Source of the DNA: a virus
Taxonomy: Duplodnaviria; Caudoviricetes
Direction: 5' to 3' (one strand)
Length of the DNA stretch: 42,513 nucleotides
Virus record (IMG/VR): IMGVR_UViG_3300049139_000057
Coordinates: 1 to 42,513 of that record
Below the pieces are notes generated by a model. The model searched no databases, was not told the DNA's origin, and worked only from the letters and a program-made list of their open reading frames with translations. Positions 8,252 through 18,333 of the stretch are shown piece by piece; position 1 is the first letter of the stretch, and the number at the start of each line of letters is the position of its first letter. The translations under genes were made by a program, and so were the position numbers.

Positions 8252-10522
8252 GTGGCCCTCAATCTCGGGGAACTCAACGCGATCATCGACGCCGACGACC
8301 GCGGCTTCAACAGGACCATCGAACGCGTCCACGATCGCATGGAGAAGGTCTCCAAGAAGATGGGTGGCCTCACTGGCCTGCTGAGCGTCTTGGGCAAGGC
8401 TACCGCGTTCTCCGCTCTAGCGGCTGGCGCCGCGAGCGCCGCCTCATCCATGGGCCCCCTGGTGGGCCTCGTGGGGGTTCTGGCGGTCGCCGTCGGCACC
8501 CTTGGGGCGGCGATCCCAGCGTTCCTCGCGGGCGCGGGCGTAGCGGTAGCGACATTGACCATCGGATTCTCCAACATGGCCGATGCGATCAAGGGCGACG
8601 AAGATGCCCTGGAGAAGCTGGCCCCGGCCGCGCGCGAAGTCGTCGGAGTCCTCTCTGATCTGGAGGACGAGTGGCAGTCCGTCACCAAGTCCATCCAGCA
8701 GAAGCTCTTCGAAGGCCTCGCCGACGATGTCTCCGCCCTCGCTAAGACCTGGCTGCCTCTCCTGGACAAGGGGCTCGGCAAAGTAGCCGGCGGGTTCAAC
8801 TCAGTTGCCCAGTCGGCCGCTGAGGCCCTGACGCAGTCCGCGGTGATCGAGGGCTTCAACGCCGTCGTGGACAACACCGCGAAGGGGTTGCAGAACTTCT
8901 CACGCGGCGTCGCGCCCTGGCTTGAGGGCATCGGGGTGCTCCTCAGTGCGTTCGCGCCGCTCCTGGCCGAGGCCGGGACGTGGGCCGCGAACCTCGGCGA
9001 ACGGTTCCGGGACTTCATCATCGAAGCCGAAGCCACCGGCCGCATCACCGAATACATCGAGCAGATGAAGGACACCCTCTCCACGCTCGCGGGCATCGCC
9101 GGGAACGTCGGCTCCATCCTCGGGAGCGTGTTCGCGGCGACCGCCGAGTCCGGCGGGGGCCTCCTGGGCACCATCGAGGACCTTACCGGGCGGCTGGCGG
9201 ACTTTCTCGACTCCGCCGAGGGTTCGGAGGCCCTGAACTCGTTCTTCACCGCCCTCGCGGCAGTGGGGGCGGCCGTCGTCCCGATCGTCCTCGCCCTGGC
9301 TGAGGCGTTCGGGGACGACCTCGCGCCGCAGATCGGCGAGATCGCCACAGGAGTGGGGCCCGCCCTCGCTGACCTGGTCACCGCGATCGGCGACGCCATC
9401 GGCAACATCGACGTCGCCACCCTCGCCGCCGGATTCGCGGACGTCCTGAACGCCATCGTCCCCCTCGTCGGGCCGCTGGGGGAATTCCTCTCCTGGGTCT
9501 CCAGCATCGAAGGGCTCGTCCCCGTCGTCGTCATCGCATTGGCGGCCTGGACGGTTGCCCAATGGGCCTTGAACGCCGCGATGTACGCCAACCCGATCGT
9601 GTGGATCATCGGCCTGGTCATCGCCCTGATCGCCGTGTTCGTGCTGGTCGCAATGAACTGGGAGCAGATCTCCGCGGTCATCATCATCTACTGGGAGCTG
9701 CTGAAGGCTAAAGCGTCCGAAATCTGGTCGTCCATAGCCGACTTTTTCGTCGGCATCTGGGACTCGATCGTCTCCTATGCCCAGACGAAGATCGCCGAGT
9801 TCCTGGCGGTCGTCGGGTGGATCGGGCGACTCCCCCAGATGGTCGCGTCCTGGCTGACGGACATGATCAACCGCGCGACCGAACGGTTCCAGGCGTTCCT
9901 ATCGGCCGCGAACCAGAAGATCGACGGCGTCCTGAACGCCATCCAGCGCATGGGCGGTATCCCCGGCAAGATCGCGGGGTTCATCCAGGCCGCCAAGGAC
10001 GCAGCGGTTGCCAAGTTCAACTCCATTGTGGAATTCGTGCGGAGTGTCCCCGGCAGAATCGAGGATGCACTGGGCGACCTCGGAGGCCTCCTGAAGGACG
10101 CCGGACGGGACATCATCCAAGGCCTCCTGGACGGCCTGGACTCCATGATCGACTCCGTCCAAGACAAGCTCTCGAGCCTCACTGGGATGATCCCGGACTG
10201 GAAAGGCCCCGAAGCGGTCGACAAGAAACTCCTGTTTAAACCCGGCACGTGGGTGATCGGGGGCCTCATCGAGGGCCTGGATTCGATGATCCCCCAGGTG
10301 CAGCGGACCCTCCAGGGACTCACGACCGACATCGGCCTGCAAGTGGACGGTGCCGCGGCCCCGAATGGGTCGACGATGCGCGTCGAAGCGGTCACGTCCC
10401 TCTCCGACGAGGACCGGGCCCTCTTGCGGGAACTCGCCGAGGCACGCAACCGCTTTGACATCCGGCTCGGCGCGAACCTCACCGCGGCGGCGACCCGCGA
10501 GAACGCGATGGTGCCGGCGTAA
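8252..10522 (+). CDS. Tape measure protein
   Basis: 756 aa Ala/Gly/Leu-rich helical protein; hydrophobic segments, ANPIVWII, periodic aromatics, IPDWKGP motif. Confidence 0.92.
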   Translation: MALNLGELNAIIDADDRGFNRTIERVHDRMEKVSKKMGGLTGLLSVLGKATAFSALAAGAASAASSMGPLVGLVGVLAVAVGTLGAAIPAFLAGAGVAVATLTIGFSNMADAIKGDEDALEKLAPAAREVVGVLSDLEDEWQSVTKSIQQKLFEGLADDVSALAKTWLPLLDKGLGKVAGGFNSVAQSAAEALTQSAVIEGFNAVVDNTAKGLQNFSRGVAPWLEGIGVLLSAFAPLLAEAGTWAANLGERFRDFIIEAEATGRITEYIEQMKDTLSTLAGIAGNVGSILGSVFAATAESGGGLLGTIEDLTGRLADFLDSAEGSEALNSFFTALAAVGAAVVPIVLALAEAFGDDLAPQIGEIATGVGPALADLVTAIGDAIGNIDVATLAAGFADVLNAIVPLVGPLGEFLSWVSSIEGLVPVVVIALAAWTVAQWALNAAMYANPIVWIIGLVIALIAVFVLVAMNWEQISAVIIIYWELLKAKASEIWSSIADFFVGIWDSIVSYAQTKIAEFLAVVGWIGRLPQMVASWLTDMINRATERFQAFLSAANQKIDGVLNAIQRMGGIPGKIAGFIQAAKDAAVAKFNSIVEFVRSVPGRIEDALGDLGGLLKDAGRDIIQGLLDGLDSMIDSVQDKLSSLTGMIPDWKGPEAVDKKLLFKPGTWVIGGLIEGLDSMIPQVQRTLQGLTTDIGLQVDGAAAPNGSTMRVEAVTSLSDEDRALLRELAEARNRFDIRLGANLTAAATRENAMVPA

Positions 10523-11373
10523 TGGAACCCGGACAGATCCAGATCACCCGCGACGACGGATCCACCCTCCTCTTGCACCACGGGACCGTGTACCGCGTCA
10601 ACGAATGGGAGCCGTTCAACCGCGGCGTCCGCGCCGACCAGACCGGCACCGTCCCCTGGGGCGACGGCGACTGGTCCGGCGCCGAATGGCGCGCCGGTGC
10701 CACCATCCCCCTGAGGCTCGGCATCCACACGTCCTCCTGGTCCGACCTCATGGCCGCCTGGTGGGCCCTGGACGCAGCCCTGGCGCCCGTGCGCACGGGC
10801 GGGGACGTCGAGATTCGATGGAACGCGGCGGGCACGGAGTACTTGATGTACGCCCGGCCCCGCGGGGCCTCTTTGAAGAACGAGCGCGGTCGCACTGGGA
10901 AGGCGTGGGTCAACGCTTCACTGGCGTGCCCGGACCCGTCCATCTATTCGGCTCTGGAGCACTCCACCGAGATCGGACTCTTGCACCGCATCGGCGGGCT
11001 CTCGACGCCGTTCGGGCTGCCGACGTCGATCTACTCCGTCGTGGCCGATGGCGAAGCAACCCTTGTCAACGCCGGGACGGCACCGGCTCGTCTGTTGCTG
11101 CGGATCACCGGGCCCGTCTCCGCGCCGCGGATCACAGTCATCCACGGCACCAGCGTGGAGACGCTCTATCTCGACACGCTCCTCGGTCCTGACGACGTCC
11201 TCGACATCGACACGAAGGACAAGCTCGTCGTCCTCAACGGTTCGGTAACGCGCCTGCCCGACCACTGGGGCGCTTGGCCGCTCCTGCCGCCCGGCGAATC
11301 ACTCCTGCGGTTCGAGTCGGACGTGTACGAGTCCGCGGCCCGCCTCATCATCCGCCACCGAGACACCTGGTAG
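10522..11373 (+). CDS. Distal tail protein (Dit-like)
   Basis: Directly after TMP; CPDPSIY, NAGTAPA, ITGP, LLPPGE motifs. Confidence 0.8.
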   Translation: MEPGQIQITRDDGSTLLLHHGTVYRVNEWEPFNRGVRADQTGTVPWGDGDWSGAEWRAGATIPLRLGIHTSSWSDLMAAWWALDAALAPVRTGGDVEIRWNAAGTEYLMYARPRGASLKNERGRTGKAWVNASLACPDPSIYSALEHSTEIGLLHRIGGLSTPFGLPTSIYSVVADGEATLVNAGTAPARLLLRITGPVSAPRITVIHGTSVETLYLDTLLGPDDVLDIDTKDKLVVLNGSVTRLPDHWGAWPLLPPGESLLRFESDVYESAARLIIRHRDTW

Positions 11374-11380
11374 GAGCACC

Positions 11381-12679
11381 ATGTCCACTCCCTTGTGGGT
11401 CACCACGACCCGCGGCGCCTCTGTCGGGACCGCGACGATCGAAGAGTCTGACGACACGTTCACCAAGGCCGCGCACGGCCTCGTGGACGGCCAGCAGGTC
11501 ATGGTCGCGTCCCTGTCCGGCGGGGCCGTGGGCGTACTCGTGGTGGATGCGCCGTATTTCGTGGCGAACTCCACCGCAAGCACGTTCCAGCTTCGGCCCT
11601 CGCCAGGCGCGCCGGTCATGACGTTTTCCGCCGACGGCGGGTGCGACGTGTACCAGACCGCAGGCTTGTTCGATCCGCAGACGCTCCGCAACGGATTCTC
11701 GGGGCTCCTGGCCCGCGGGGATTTCTCCGGCGGGTTCCAGGCGCGGCCGGGCGTGTTCCCGAACTCTGACGAGACCGTCCATGTCACCACGGCCGGGATG
11801 ACCTGGACCGTGGCCGACCTGGTCGCGGTGGTCCGGCACTCCACCGGCGGCGTCTACATCGTCCCCCACCCCTCCGAGGGCGGTTCCATTACGGCCGCTG
11901 ACCCGTCTCAGCCCCGCATCGACGCGATCGACCTCCAGATTCAGGACCACGCGATCGACTCCTCGGGGTTCGCGCGGGGCCGGATCGTCTACACCGCGGG
12001 TACGCCCAGCGCGACCCCGGTCGCCCCTGCCGCCACCCCCAACTCGGAGCGGCTGTCGACCTGGAGGATCGAAGCTAACGCTACGTCGACGAACACGCCG
12101 ACCCTGCCGCGGTTCACCGTGACCCGCGGTGGCGTGATCCCCGTGGCGAACTCCAGCTCCTACCCTGGGTCAGGGGGCCGGTACAAGGGCCTTCCGGTGT
12201 GGGACATGTCCACGAACACGCTGGTCGTGAACACCAACGGCGGCAGCGTGTACCAGCCGATCGCCAGCGTCGACTCCTACAAGTCGGTCCGCAGGATCGC
12301 GATCACCAACCGCACCACGAACTCGAGCACGTTCACCTCCGAAGCGGTCATCACCTCGGTTACTGCCGCGTTGGAGTCGGGCAAGACCTACCGGCTCACG
12401 TGGGTCGTGGACGTGGCCTCCACCGTCCTGGGGGACACCGCCCGTTGGCGCATCCGTGAGGACAACATCGCCGGAGCCACTCGCCAGCTCACCCACACGT
12501 ACATGAGCATGGCGAACAACGACTTCGGCGCGATCCTCCAGGCCGACTACACGGCCGTCGCCACCGGCAACAAGACGTTCGTGGGTACCTGCCACCGGTC
12601 ACTGGGCACCGGCACGTTCTCCTGCAACGCCAACGCCAACGAGCCGTCCTCGTTCACCGTGGACTACGTGAGCGGCTGA
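11381..12679 (+). CDS. Minor tail / baseplate protein with extra N-terminal beta domain
   Basis: ADPSQPRIDAI and GTPSATPVAP motifs of actinophage minor tail proteins. Confidence 0.75.
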   Translation: MSTPLWVTTTRGASVGTATIEESDDTFTKAAHGLVDGQQVMVASLSGGAVGVLVVDAPYFVANSTASTFQLRPSPGAPVMTFSADGGCDVYQTAGLFDPQTLRNGFSGLLARGDFSGGFQARPGVFPNSDETVHVTTAGMTWTVADLVAVVRHSTGGVYIVPHPSEGGSITAADPSQPRIDAIDLQIQDHAIDSSGFARGRIVYTAGTPSATPVAPAATPNSERLSTWRIEANATSTNTPTLPRFTVTRGGVIPVANSSSYPGSGGRYKGLPVWDMSTNTLVVNTNGGSVYQPIASVDSYKSVRRIAITNRTTNSSTFTSEAVITSVTAALESGKTYRLTWVVDVASTVLGDTARWRIREDNIAGATRQLTHTYMSMANNDFGAILQADYTAVATGNKTFVGTCHRSLGTGTFSCNANANEPSSFTVDYVSG

Positions 12680-14739
12680 TGGCCCTCCCCGACCCGACAC
12701 AGGTTACTGGGCCTGTCGGCGCGCACCTGCTCATCCCGACCCCAACTGACGCCGTCGACGGCCAAGCGACCCACCCGGCGGTCGTCTACACCCAGGATGA
12801 GTTCGGCGGGTACGCGTACTGGATGGCCATGACCCCCTACCCGGGGTCCGATGACGCACAGGAAGACCCGTGCATCGTCGCCTCCCACGACGGCATCAAC
12901 TGGGTCGTCCCTTCAGGGTTGACGAACCCCATCGACGACATGCCCGGGTCTCCTGGGGCCTACAACTCCGATGTCGACCTGAGGTACTACGACGGCACCC
13001 TGCACCTGTTCTGGCGGTACTACGACGGCTCCGGAGCCAGTGCGGGCACGGAGGAGCGGATCTACTACTCCACGTCGATCGACGGCCGCACCTGGTCTAC
13101 CAAGGCATTGATCTACTCCTCCGACCACACCGTCCGCAGGCTCCTGTCCCCCTGCATTCTGCGGGAGAACGGCCTGTGGGTCATGTGGGCCGTGGACATC
13201 ACCCCCTCCCCCAACCAGGTCGTCAGACTCCAAGGATCCGCCTTGCCGACAGGTGCCTGGGGGGACCCCGTGGGTGTCGACATGGGCCCCATGCAAGCCG
13301 ACCGCGAAGCCTGGCACCTCGGTATCACCCCTGTCGCTGATGGGTATGTGGGGTTGCTCAACGACCGCCTCATCGGGGGCGCCGAGGGCGACCTCCTCAT
13401 GGTCGTCTCCGCGAACGGGCTCACCTGGACCAACTCCGGCAGAACCGTGATCCCCCGGGAGCAGGTCGGCGAGCACACCGCCCTGTATCGGGCCGTCCTC
13501 CTCCCTGATGTCGACGGGCTGATCAGCGGCTGGCGGGTCTGGTACGGCGCGTTCCGCACCGAGGCGGATGCGATCTGGCACATCTACCGGACGTTCATCA
13601 ACGCCCCCTACGTCCCGAACATCCCCGAAGCCGCACCGCAAGTGGGCAGGGCGATCCTCCGCTCCGCGGTGGAGTGGATCGCCTGCGACGTCACCACCGG
13701 CAACAAAGTGGCGTATCTGGGCGGCGTCCAAGGGACGATCTCCCGGGCGTTGGGCGCGTACACCTCGGACACCCTCACCATCCCCGCACCCCTCGCGGGT
13801 CCCCTGGCCCTGGGGGGGATCCTCGAGCAGGCCGTGGGACCGGATCAGCTCCCCACTCGCATGATCGTGTGCGTCGTCAACGATCTCCCGGCGTGGGCGG
13901 GGATCATCTGGAAAGTCCGCGGGGGAACTTCGGCGACCATTGAACTCGGCTGTGCCACACCTGAGTCGTACTTGGACCGGCGGTTCATCGGCGACTTCGC
14001 GTTCACGCAGACCGACCAGGCCACCCTCGCCGCCTCGCTCATCCAAGCCGTGAACGAAGAAGGCATCGGACTTGAGATCGACGCGCCCGCAACGGGCATC
14101 CTGCGGGACCGCTCGTACTTCGACGACGAGAACGCCACCTACTACCAGCGGCTACAGGAACTCATGGACGTCGAGTCGGGTCTTGAGTGGACCATCGACC
14201 TCGACTGGAAGACCGACCGACAGCAGGCAGTGCGGATGATCTTCCGGGCCGCGAACCGCATCGGCTCTTCCGTCCCCCGCGGCCCCCTGGCGACTGAATC
14301 GCAGGCGGTCACCCGCTACGAGGTCACGCACGACTACGGCAAGGGCATGGGCGCCAACGACGTCCTTGCGTACTCCTCCGGTGAAGGCACCGACCGCCCC
14401 ACCTCGCAGCACATCCGCAACAACATCGCCATCGCCGCCGGCGTCCCCCGAGTGGAGCACCGGTGGCAGCCCTCCTCATCCATCAAGAACACCGCGATCT
14501 TGAACGACCACGCCACGTCGATGCTGTACCGCCTCGACGGCGGCACCACCTCCCTCGCCATCACGTCGAGATGGAACATCGAACCGGCGCGCTTGGGGAT
14601 CGACCTGAACCTGGGGGACGACATCGAATACAACCTCGTCGGCCACATGCACCCGCTCGGATTGACCGGGACCGCTCGGATGATCGGCTACCGCCTCGAT
14701 CCCCTCGCGGGGACGTTCGAACCCGTCCTGGGAGGCTGA
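12679..14739 (+). CDS. Tail hub (Tal-like) protein fused to an N-terminal beta-propeller glycoside-hydrolase-like domain
   Basis: N-term HPAVVY...YWMAMTPYP...EDPCI and Asp-box-like S.DG..W repeats; C-term WAGIIW, SYLDRRFI, LRDRSY, LGDDI hub motifs. Confidence 0.75.
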   Translation: MALPDPTQVTGPVGAHLLIPTPTDAVDGQATHPAVVYTQDEFGGYAYWMAMTPYPGSDDAQEDPCIVASHDGINWVVPSGLTNPIDDMPGSPGAYNSDVDLRYYDGTLHLFWRYYDGSGASAGTEERIYYSTSIDGRTWSTKALIYSSDHTVRRLLSPCILRENGLWVMWAVDITPSPNQVVRLQGSALPTGAWGDPVGVDMGPMQADREAWHLGITPVADGYVGLLNDRLIGGAEGDLLMVVSANGLTWTNSGRTVIPREQVGEHTALYRAVLLPDVDGLISGWRVWYGAFRTEADAIWHIYRTFINAPYVPNIPEAAPQVGRAILRSAVEWIACDVTTGNKVAYLGGVQGTISRALGAYTSDTLTIPAPLAGPLALGGILEQAVGPDQLPTRMIVCVVNDLPAWAGIIWKVRGGTSATIELGCATPESYLDRRFIGDFAFTQTDQATLAASLIQAVNEEGIGLEIDAPATGILRDRSYFDDENATYYQRLQELMDVESGLEWTIDLDWKTDRQQAVRMIFRAANRIGSSVPRGPLATESQAVTRYEVTHDYGKGMGANDVLAYSSGEGTDRPTSQHIRNNIAIAAGVPRVEHRWQPSSSIKNTAILNDHATSMLYRLDGGTTSLAITSRWNIEPARLGIDLNLGDDIEYNLVGHMHPLGLTGTARMIGYRLDPLAGTFEPVLGG

Positions 14740-14740
14740 C

Positions 14741-15487
14741 GTGGGCATCTCCGACGGCATGTTCACCGGCGACATCCAAAGAGCCATCGAGGACATCCGC
14801 AAGCAGCTCAGAGACTTGACCTCGGGTCGCCGCTTGGAGGACGCCTCCATCGGCGCCCGCGGACTCCGACTGCTCGACGGCGGATCGCTGACCATCTCCG
14901 GCGGCACCATCGTCATGAACGACGAGACTGGCAGTGTGGGCCTGTTGTACTTCGGGCCCGGCGCGGACGGGAACCCAACGTGGCTGTTCTCCTTCGACGA
15001 CGGCGAGATCGCCGGAGGCTTGCTCGGAGCGCCGGGGTCGACGTACTGGACCTGGCGGGACCGCCAAGGGACTTCGATCCTCGCCAGCGACGGCCAGACC
15101 GGCATCGGCCTCTCCAGGCCGTACCTGAACATCCCCATGGTCCCCTCCTCCGGCACGTCAGTGGTGGTCGGCGGTCCGTTCTGGCCGGCGTTCACCAACA
15201 CCTCCTACCAGGAGGTGTTCCACTGCATCACGACGCTGTGGCATCCCCGGATCGCCATCGGCGTCGGCACGAACAACGGCGGTTCCGGCACCGTCGAGTG
15301 GCAGCTGCGCGTGGACGGCGTCACCGCGGGATCCGGGTCGGGTGACAACGCGGCCGAGTTCAACGTCCCCGGATGGGGCACGACCACGGTCCCCGGGAGC
15401 CAGCGAAGCGTGCAGCTGTGGGCCCGCAACACCTCGGGTGTGCAGTCGCGCGTCATCGTCGACCGCTGCTACGGACTCCAGTCCTAA
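14741..15487 (+). CDS. Minor tail protein (possible receptor-binding)
   Basis: N-terminal coiled coil IEDIRKQLRDL, GLSRPYL motif; last tail gene. Confidence 0.7.
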   Translation: MGISDGMFTGDIQRAIEDIRKQLRDLTSGRRLEDASIGARGLRLLDGGSLTISGGTIVMNDETGSVGLLYFGPGADGNPTWLFSFDDGEIAGGLLGAPGSTYWTWRDRQGTSILASDGQTGIGLSRPYLNIPMVPSSGTSVVVGGPFWPAFTNTSYQEVFHCITTLWHPRIAIGVGTNNGGSGTVEWQLRVDGVTAGSGSGDNAAEFNVPGWGTTTVPGSQRSVQLWARNTSGVQSRVIVDRCYGLQS

Positions 15488-15511
15488 CCCTCTCAACTTT
15501 CACCCGCCAGC

Positions 15512-15533
15512 GCGGGCACGCGAGCGTGCCCGC
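15512..15533 (+). promoter_or_regulatory. Hairpin upstream of endolysin RBS
   Basis: GCGGGCACGC-GA-GCGTGCCCGC inverted repeat. Confidence 0.45.
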
Positions 15534-15548
15534 AGACAGGAGGACATC

Positions 15549-16250
15549 ATGGCCTGGAGACTGGCCCGCAGCCTCAGCACACTCCGATCCGAAATCCTCG
15601 CGAAGCATCCCGGCACGACCGTGTGGACGATCGGCGACACCAGCCACCAGTCCGGCTACTCCGACCACAACCCCAACGCCGACCGTGTCGTGTGCGCGAT
15701 CGACGTCAAGGGCGATAAGGGCTTGAACCTCTCGGCGTTCGTTGCGCACCTGATCGCGTTCCCGCACCCGAACCTGCGCTACGTCATCTACAACCGCAAG
15801 ATCTACCAGCGCCGCAACGGCTTCGCGGCGCAGGACTACAACGGCGCGAACGCGCACCGGGACCACGTGCACGTGTCGGTGGGCAACGGCCCGGACGGGC
15901 GCAGCACCACCAACTACGACAACACCTCGTCATGGGGGCTAGTGAACCTCGGTACGCCTAAGCCCTCAAACCCGACCTCCCCCTCGAAGCCGACCGCGCC
16001 CAAGCCCTCCACTTCCGACTGGACTCAGGAGCTCATCATGTCCCTGCCCACTCTCCGCCGCGGCTCCGAAGGGGGCTCCGTGAAGCGCCTTCAGGGACTC
16101 CTGCACGCCGCCGGCCAGCGCGACTCTGCGATCGACGGCGACTTCGGGCCCGGCACCGAACGCGCCGTGAAGGATTTCCAGCGCGCCAAGAAACTGGGCG
16201 TCGACGGGATCGTCGGGCGCAACACCTGGACCAAGCTCATCAAGGGCTGA
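15549..16250 (+). CDS. Endolysin: putative Zn-peptidase domain plus C-terminal peptidoglycan-binding domain
   Basis: IGD..H...SDHNP...AIDV...HRDHVHVS; C-term LRRGSEG..VKRLQ...DGDFGPGTERAVKDFQ...DGIVG; AGGAGG RBS. Confidence 0.9.
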   Translation: MAWRLARSLSTLRSEILAKHPGTTVWTIGDTSHQSGYSDHNPNADRVVCAIDVKGDKGLNLSAFVAHLIAFPHPNLRYVIYNRKIYQRRNGFAAQDYNGANAHRDHVHVSVGNGPDGRSTTNYDNTSSWGLVNLGTPKPSNPTSPSKPTAPKPSTSDWTQELIMSLPTLRRGSEGGSVKRLQGLLHAAGQRDSAIDGDFGPGTERAVKDFQRAKKLGVDGIVGRNTWTKLIKG

Positions 16251-16281
16251 CTCACCAGCGATGCCGGTACAGGGGGTGATC

Positions 16282-16551
16282 GTGGCCGATGACGCACTCG
16301 GGCGCGAGATCAAGCAGCTGCGGGACGACACGAAGTCGGGGATCTCGGACATCAAGGCCGGCTTGGAGAAGCTCCTCCCGCGCGAGGTGTACGAGGCGCG
16401 CCATGACGCCCTCGTCCGCCGCGTGGACTCCCTCGAGAAGGACGTCGAGCGGGCCGAGGCCGACCGGACCACCATGCGGCGTTGGCTCATCTCAGCGGTG
16501 GTGCTGCCCGTGGCGTCCCTGATCGTGACGATCATTCTGGCTGTCACATGA
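16282..16551 (+). CDS. Lysis-cassette membrane protein (coiled coil plus C-terminal TM)
   Basis: Hydrophobic C-terminus WLISAVVLPVASLIVTIILAV; start uncertain (16261/16276/16282). Confidence 0.7.
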   Translation: MADDALGREIKQLRDDTKSGISDIKAGLEKLLPREVYEARHDALVRRVDSLEKDVERAEADRTTMRRWLISAVVLPVASLIVTIILAVT

Positions 16552-17261
16552 GCAGGGACGGCAGACGCAAGCTCGGCGACTGGGCGGTCGCCATGGTGGT
16601 GGCCCTGATCGCCATCGTGGTCACATGGGGCGCGGCCGAAGTCCGCCGCCAAGGCGACCAGTTGAACCGCCAGTCCGAGACGGTCGACGTCCTCGCGCAG
16701 GCTCTTGGGGATGAGCAGTCCGCCGCCGAGGCCCGCGGGGATGAACCCGTCGCCCCCAGCGCCGAAGACCTCATCGAAGACCCCGAGTACGCAGGCCCAC
16801 AGGGGCCTCCCGGGCCCGGCCCCACCGACGCCCAGGTGTACGCCGCGGTCGCCGACTACCTCCGGGACCACCCCGTCACCGCCGAGGGTCCTTCGGCTGC
16901 GGAGATCGCCGCGGCGGTCGCGGACTACCTCGCCGAGTACCCGCCCGGCCCCACCGCCGAGCAGGTCTCGTCCGCTGTCGCCGCCTACCTGACCGCCAAC
17001 CCGCCCGCGGATGGGCAGGACGGCGCGGACGGCGCTGATGGAGCTGACGGCGCGCCCGGCCCTCCCGGTCCCCAGGGGGAGCAAGGCGAGCAAGGGCGGC
17101 CCCCGACTGCCGAGGAGGTCGCCGCCGCCGTCCAGGAGTACATGGAGGCTCACCCCCTCCCGGTCTGCCCCGAAGGCAGTGCCCCCGAAGCGCACACCGT
17201 GCTGACCGGCTCAGGCCCGATCGACGCCGTGATCTGCGTCGAAACCGAATCCACCGAATAG
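16548..17261 (+). CDS. Membrane-anchored collagen-like repeat protein
   Basis: ATGA overlap; N-terminal TM, G-X-Y runs, four AAVA.YL..xP repeats. Confidence 0.8.
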   Translation: MSRDGRRKLGDWAVAMVVALIAIVVTWGAAEVRRQGDQLNRQSETVDVLAQALGDEQSAAEARGDEPVAPSAEDLIEDPEYAGPQGPPGPGPTDAQVYAAVADYLRDHPVTAEGPSAAEIAAAVADYLAEYPPGPTAEQVSSAVAAYLTANPPADGQDGADGADGADGAPGPPGPQGEQGEQGRPPTAEEVAAAVQEYMEAHPLPVCPEGSAPEAHTVLTGSGPIDAVICVETESTE

Positions 17262-17270
17262 AGGAGCACC

Positions 17271-17492
17271 ATGTTCAAGAAGATGTTCTGGAAGGACGCC
17301 TCCGAGCGCGCCGTGAAGACGGCCGCGCAGACGTCCGTGGCCCTGCTGACCGCCGACGGCGTGCTCGGCGTGCTCGACGTCGACTGGGGCCAGGGCGCCT
17401 CGGTTGTCGGACTGGCCACGCTCGTCAGCCTCCTGACCTCCGTGGCCTCCGCCCCTGCGGGCACCCCGGGGAATGCGTCGCTCACCAAGTAG
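17271..17492 (+). CDS. Holin (r1t-like)
   Basis: FWKDASERAVKTAAQT...SLLTSVAS signature, two TMs. Confidence 0.88.
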   Translation: MFKKMFWKDASERAVKTAAQTSVALLTADGVLGVLDVDWGQGASVVGLATLVSLLTSVASAPAGTPGNASLTK

Positions 17493-17507
17493 CCCACCGC
17501 ACTGACG

Positions 17508-17541
17508 CCCCCGTTCGCCTCACGGTGAGCGGGGGACTTTT
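17508..17541 (+). terminator. Intrinsic terminator ending the late operon
   Basis: CCCCCGTTCGCC-TCAC-GGTGAGCGGGGG stem (with G-U pairs) followed by ACTTTT. Confidence 0.7.
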
Positions 17542-17645
17542 CGCGTGCCCGCTTCACCCGTTCGGGTACACCCGTGCACGCGTCGCAACCGGATGGATAC
17601 GCACGACGTGTAGGCCTCGTTCCGCCCCCGAACGAAAGGCCCATC

Positions 17646-18323
17646 ATGAGCACCACGATCCGCCCTGCCCACTGGACCGCCATAGCCGTAGCGGCCCTCG
17701 TCGCCCTCGCCTGCTCCGCCCCCAGCACCGACGACTCCGGGGAGGACGGGAAGGCTCCCCAAGACGCCGGCGAGTACTTCGCCGAGGCCTACCCGCAGTT
17801 CGACCCGGTCGAGCACTCCGGGAACGGTGACGGGGTGATCGACCTCCCGGAGGGTGTCACGCAAGCGATGGTCACCGCCTCCTCCACCAGTGACTCCCAC
17901 TTCTCCATCAGTGCCCTGGACGCCAGCAACGAGTCCACCGGGGACCTCCTGGTGAACTCCATCGGCGCCTACGAGGGAGTCACCGCCCTGGGGATGCACG
18001 AGATCGGCGGGGAGCCCGTCCGACTCGAGATCGCCGCAGGAGGGGACTGGACGCTGACCCTCGCCCCGCTCTCCACTGCACCCGAACTGCCCGAGTCCGG
18101 CAAGGGTGATGGAGTGTTCCGGTACGAGGGGGATGCCGCCACGTGGGCGATCACCCACGACGGGGAGAACCATTTCGGGGTCAGCTACCATACCGACGCC
18201 GATTTCGAGATGGCCTTGCTGGTCAACGAGACCGGGGCCTACGAGGGTGAAGTGGCCGCGAGCGCCGGCCCTGGTCTGGTCACGGTCACCGCTGACGGGG
18301 CCTGGACGATCACCGCGAAGTAG
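17646..18323 (+). CDS. Lipoprotein (moron-like)
   Basis: GAAAGG RBS; signal peptide with lipobox LAC; internal duplication SGNGDGV / SGKGDGV. Confidence 0.8.
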   Translation: MSTTIRPAHWTAIAVAALVALACSAPSTDDSGEDGKAPQDAGEYFAEAYPQFDPVEHSGNGDGVIDLPEGVTQAMVTASSTSDSHFSISALDASNESTGDLLVNSIGAYEGVTALGMHEIGGEPVRLEIAAGGDWTLTLAPLSTAPELPESGKGDGVFRYEGDAATWAITHDGENHFGVSYHTDADFEMALLVNETGAYEGEVAASAGPGLVTVTADGAWTITAK

Positions 18324-18333
18324 ATCAAGCGCG

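Noticed and set aside
7999-9687. 562-aa minus-strand ORF
   Set aside because: Antisense shadow of the tape measure gene in high-GC DNA; no motif or RBS.
10522-15487. Diversity-generating retroelement or invertible tail cassette
   Set aside because: No reverse transcriptase, no TR/VR repeat pair and no inverted tail-gene copies seen.
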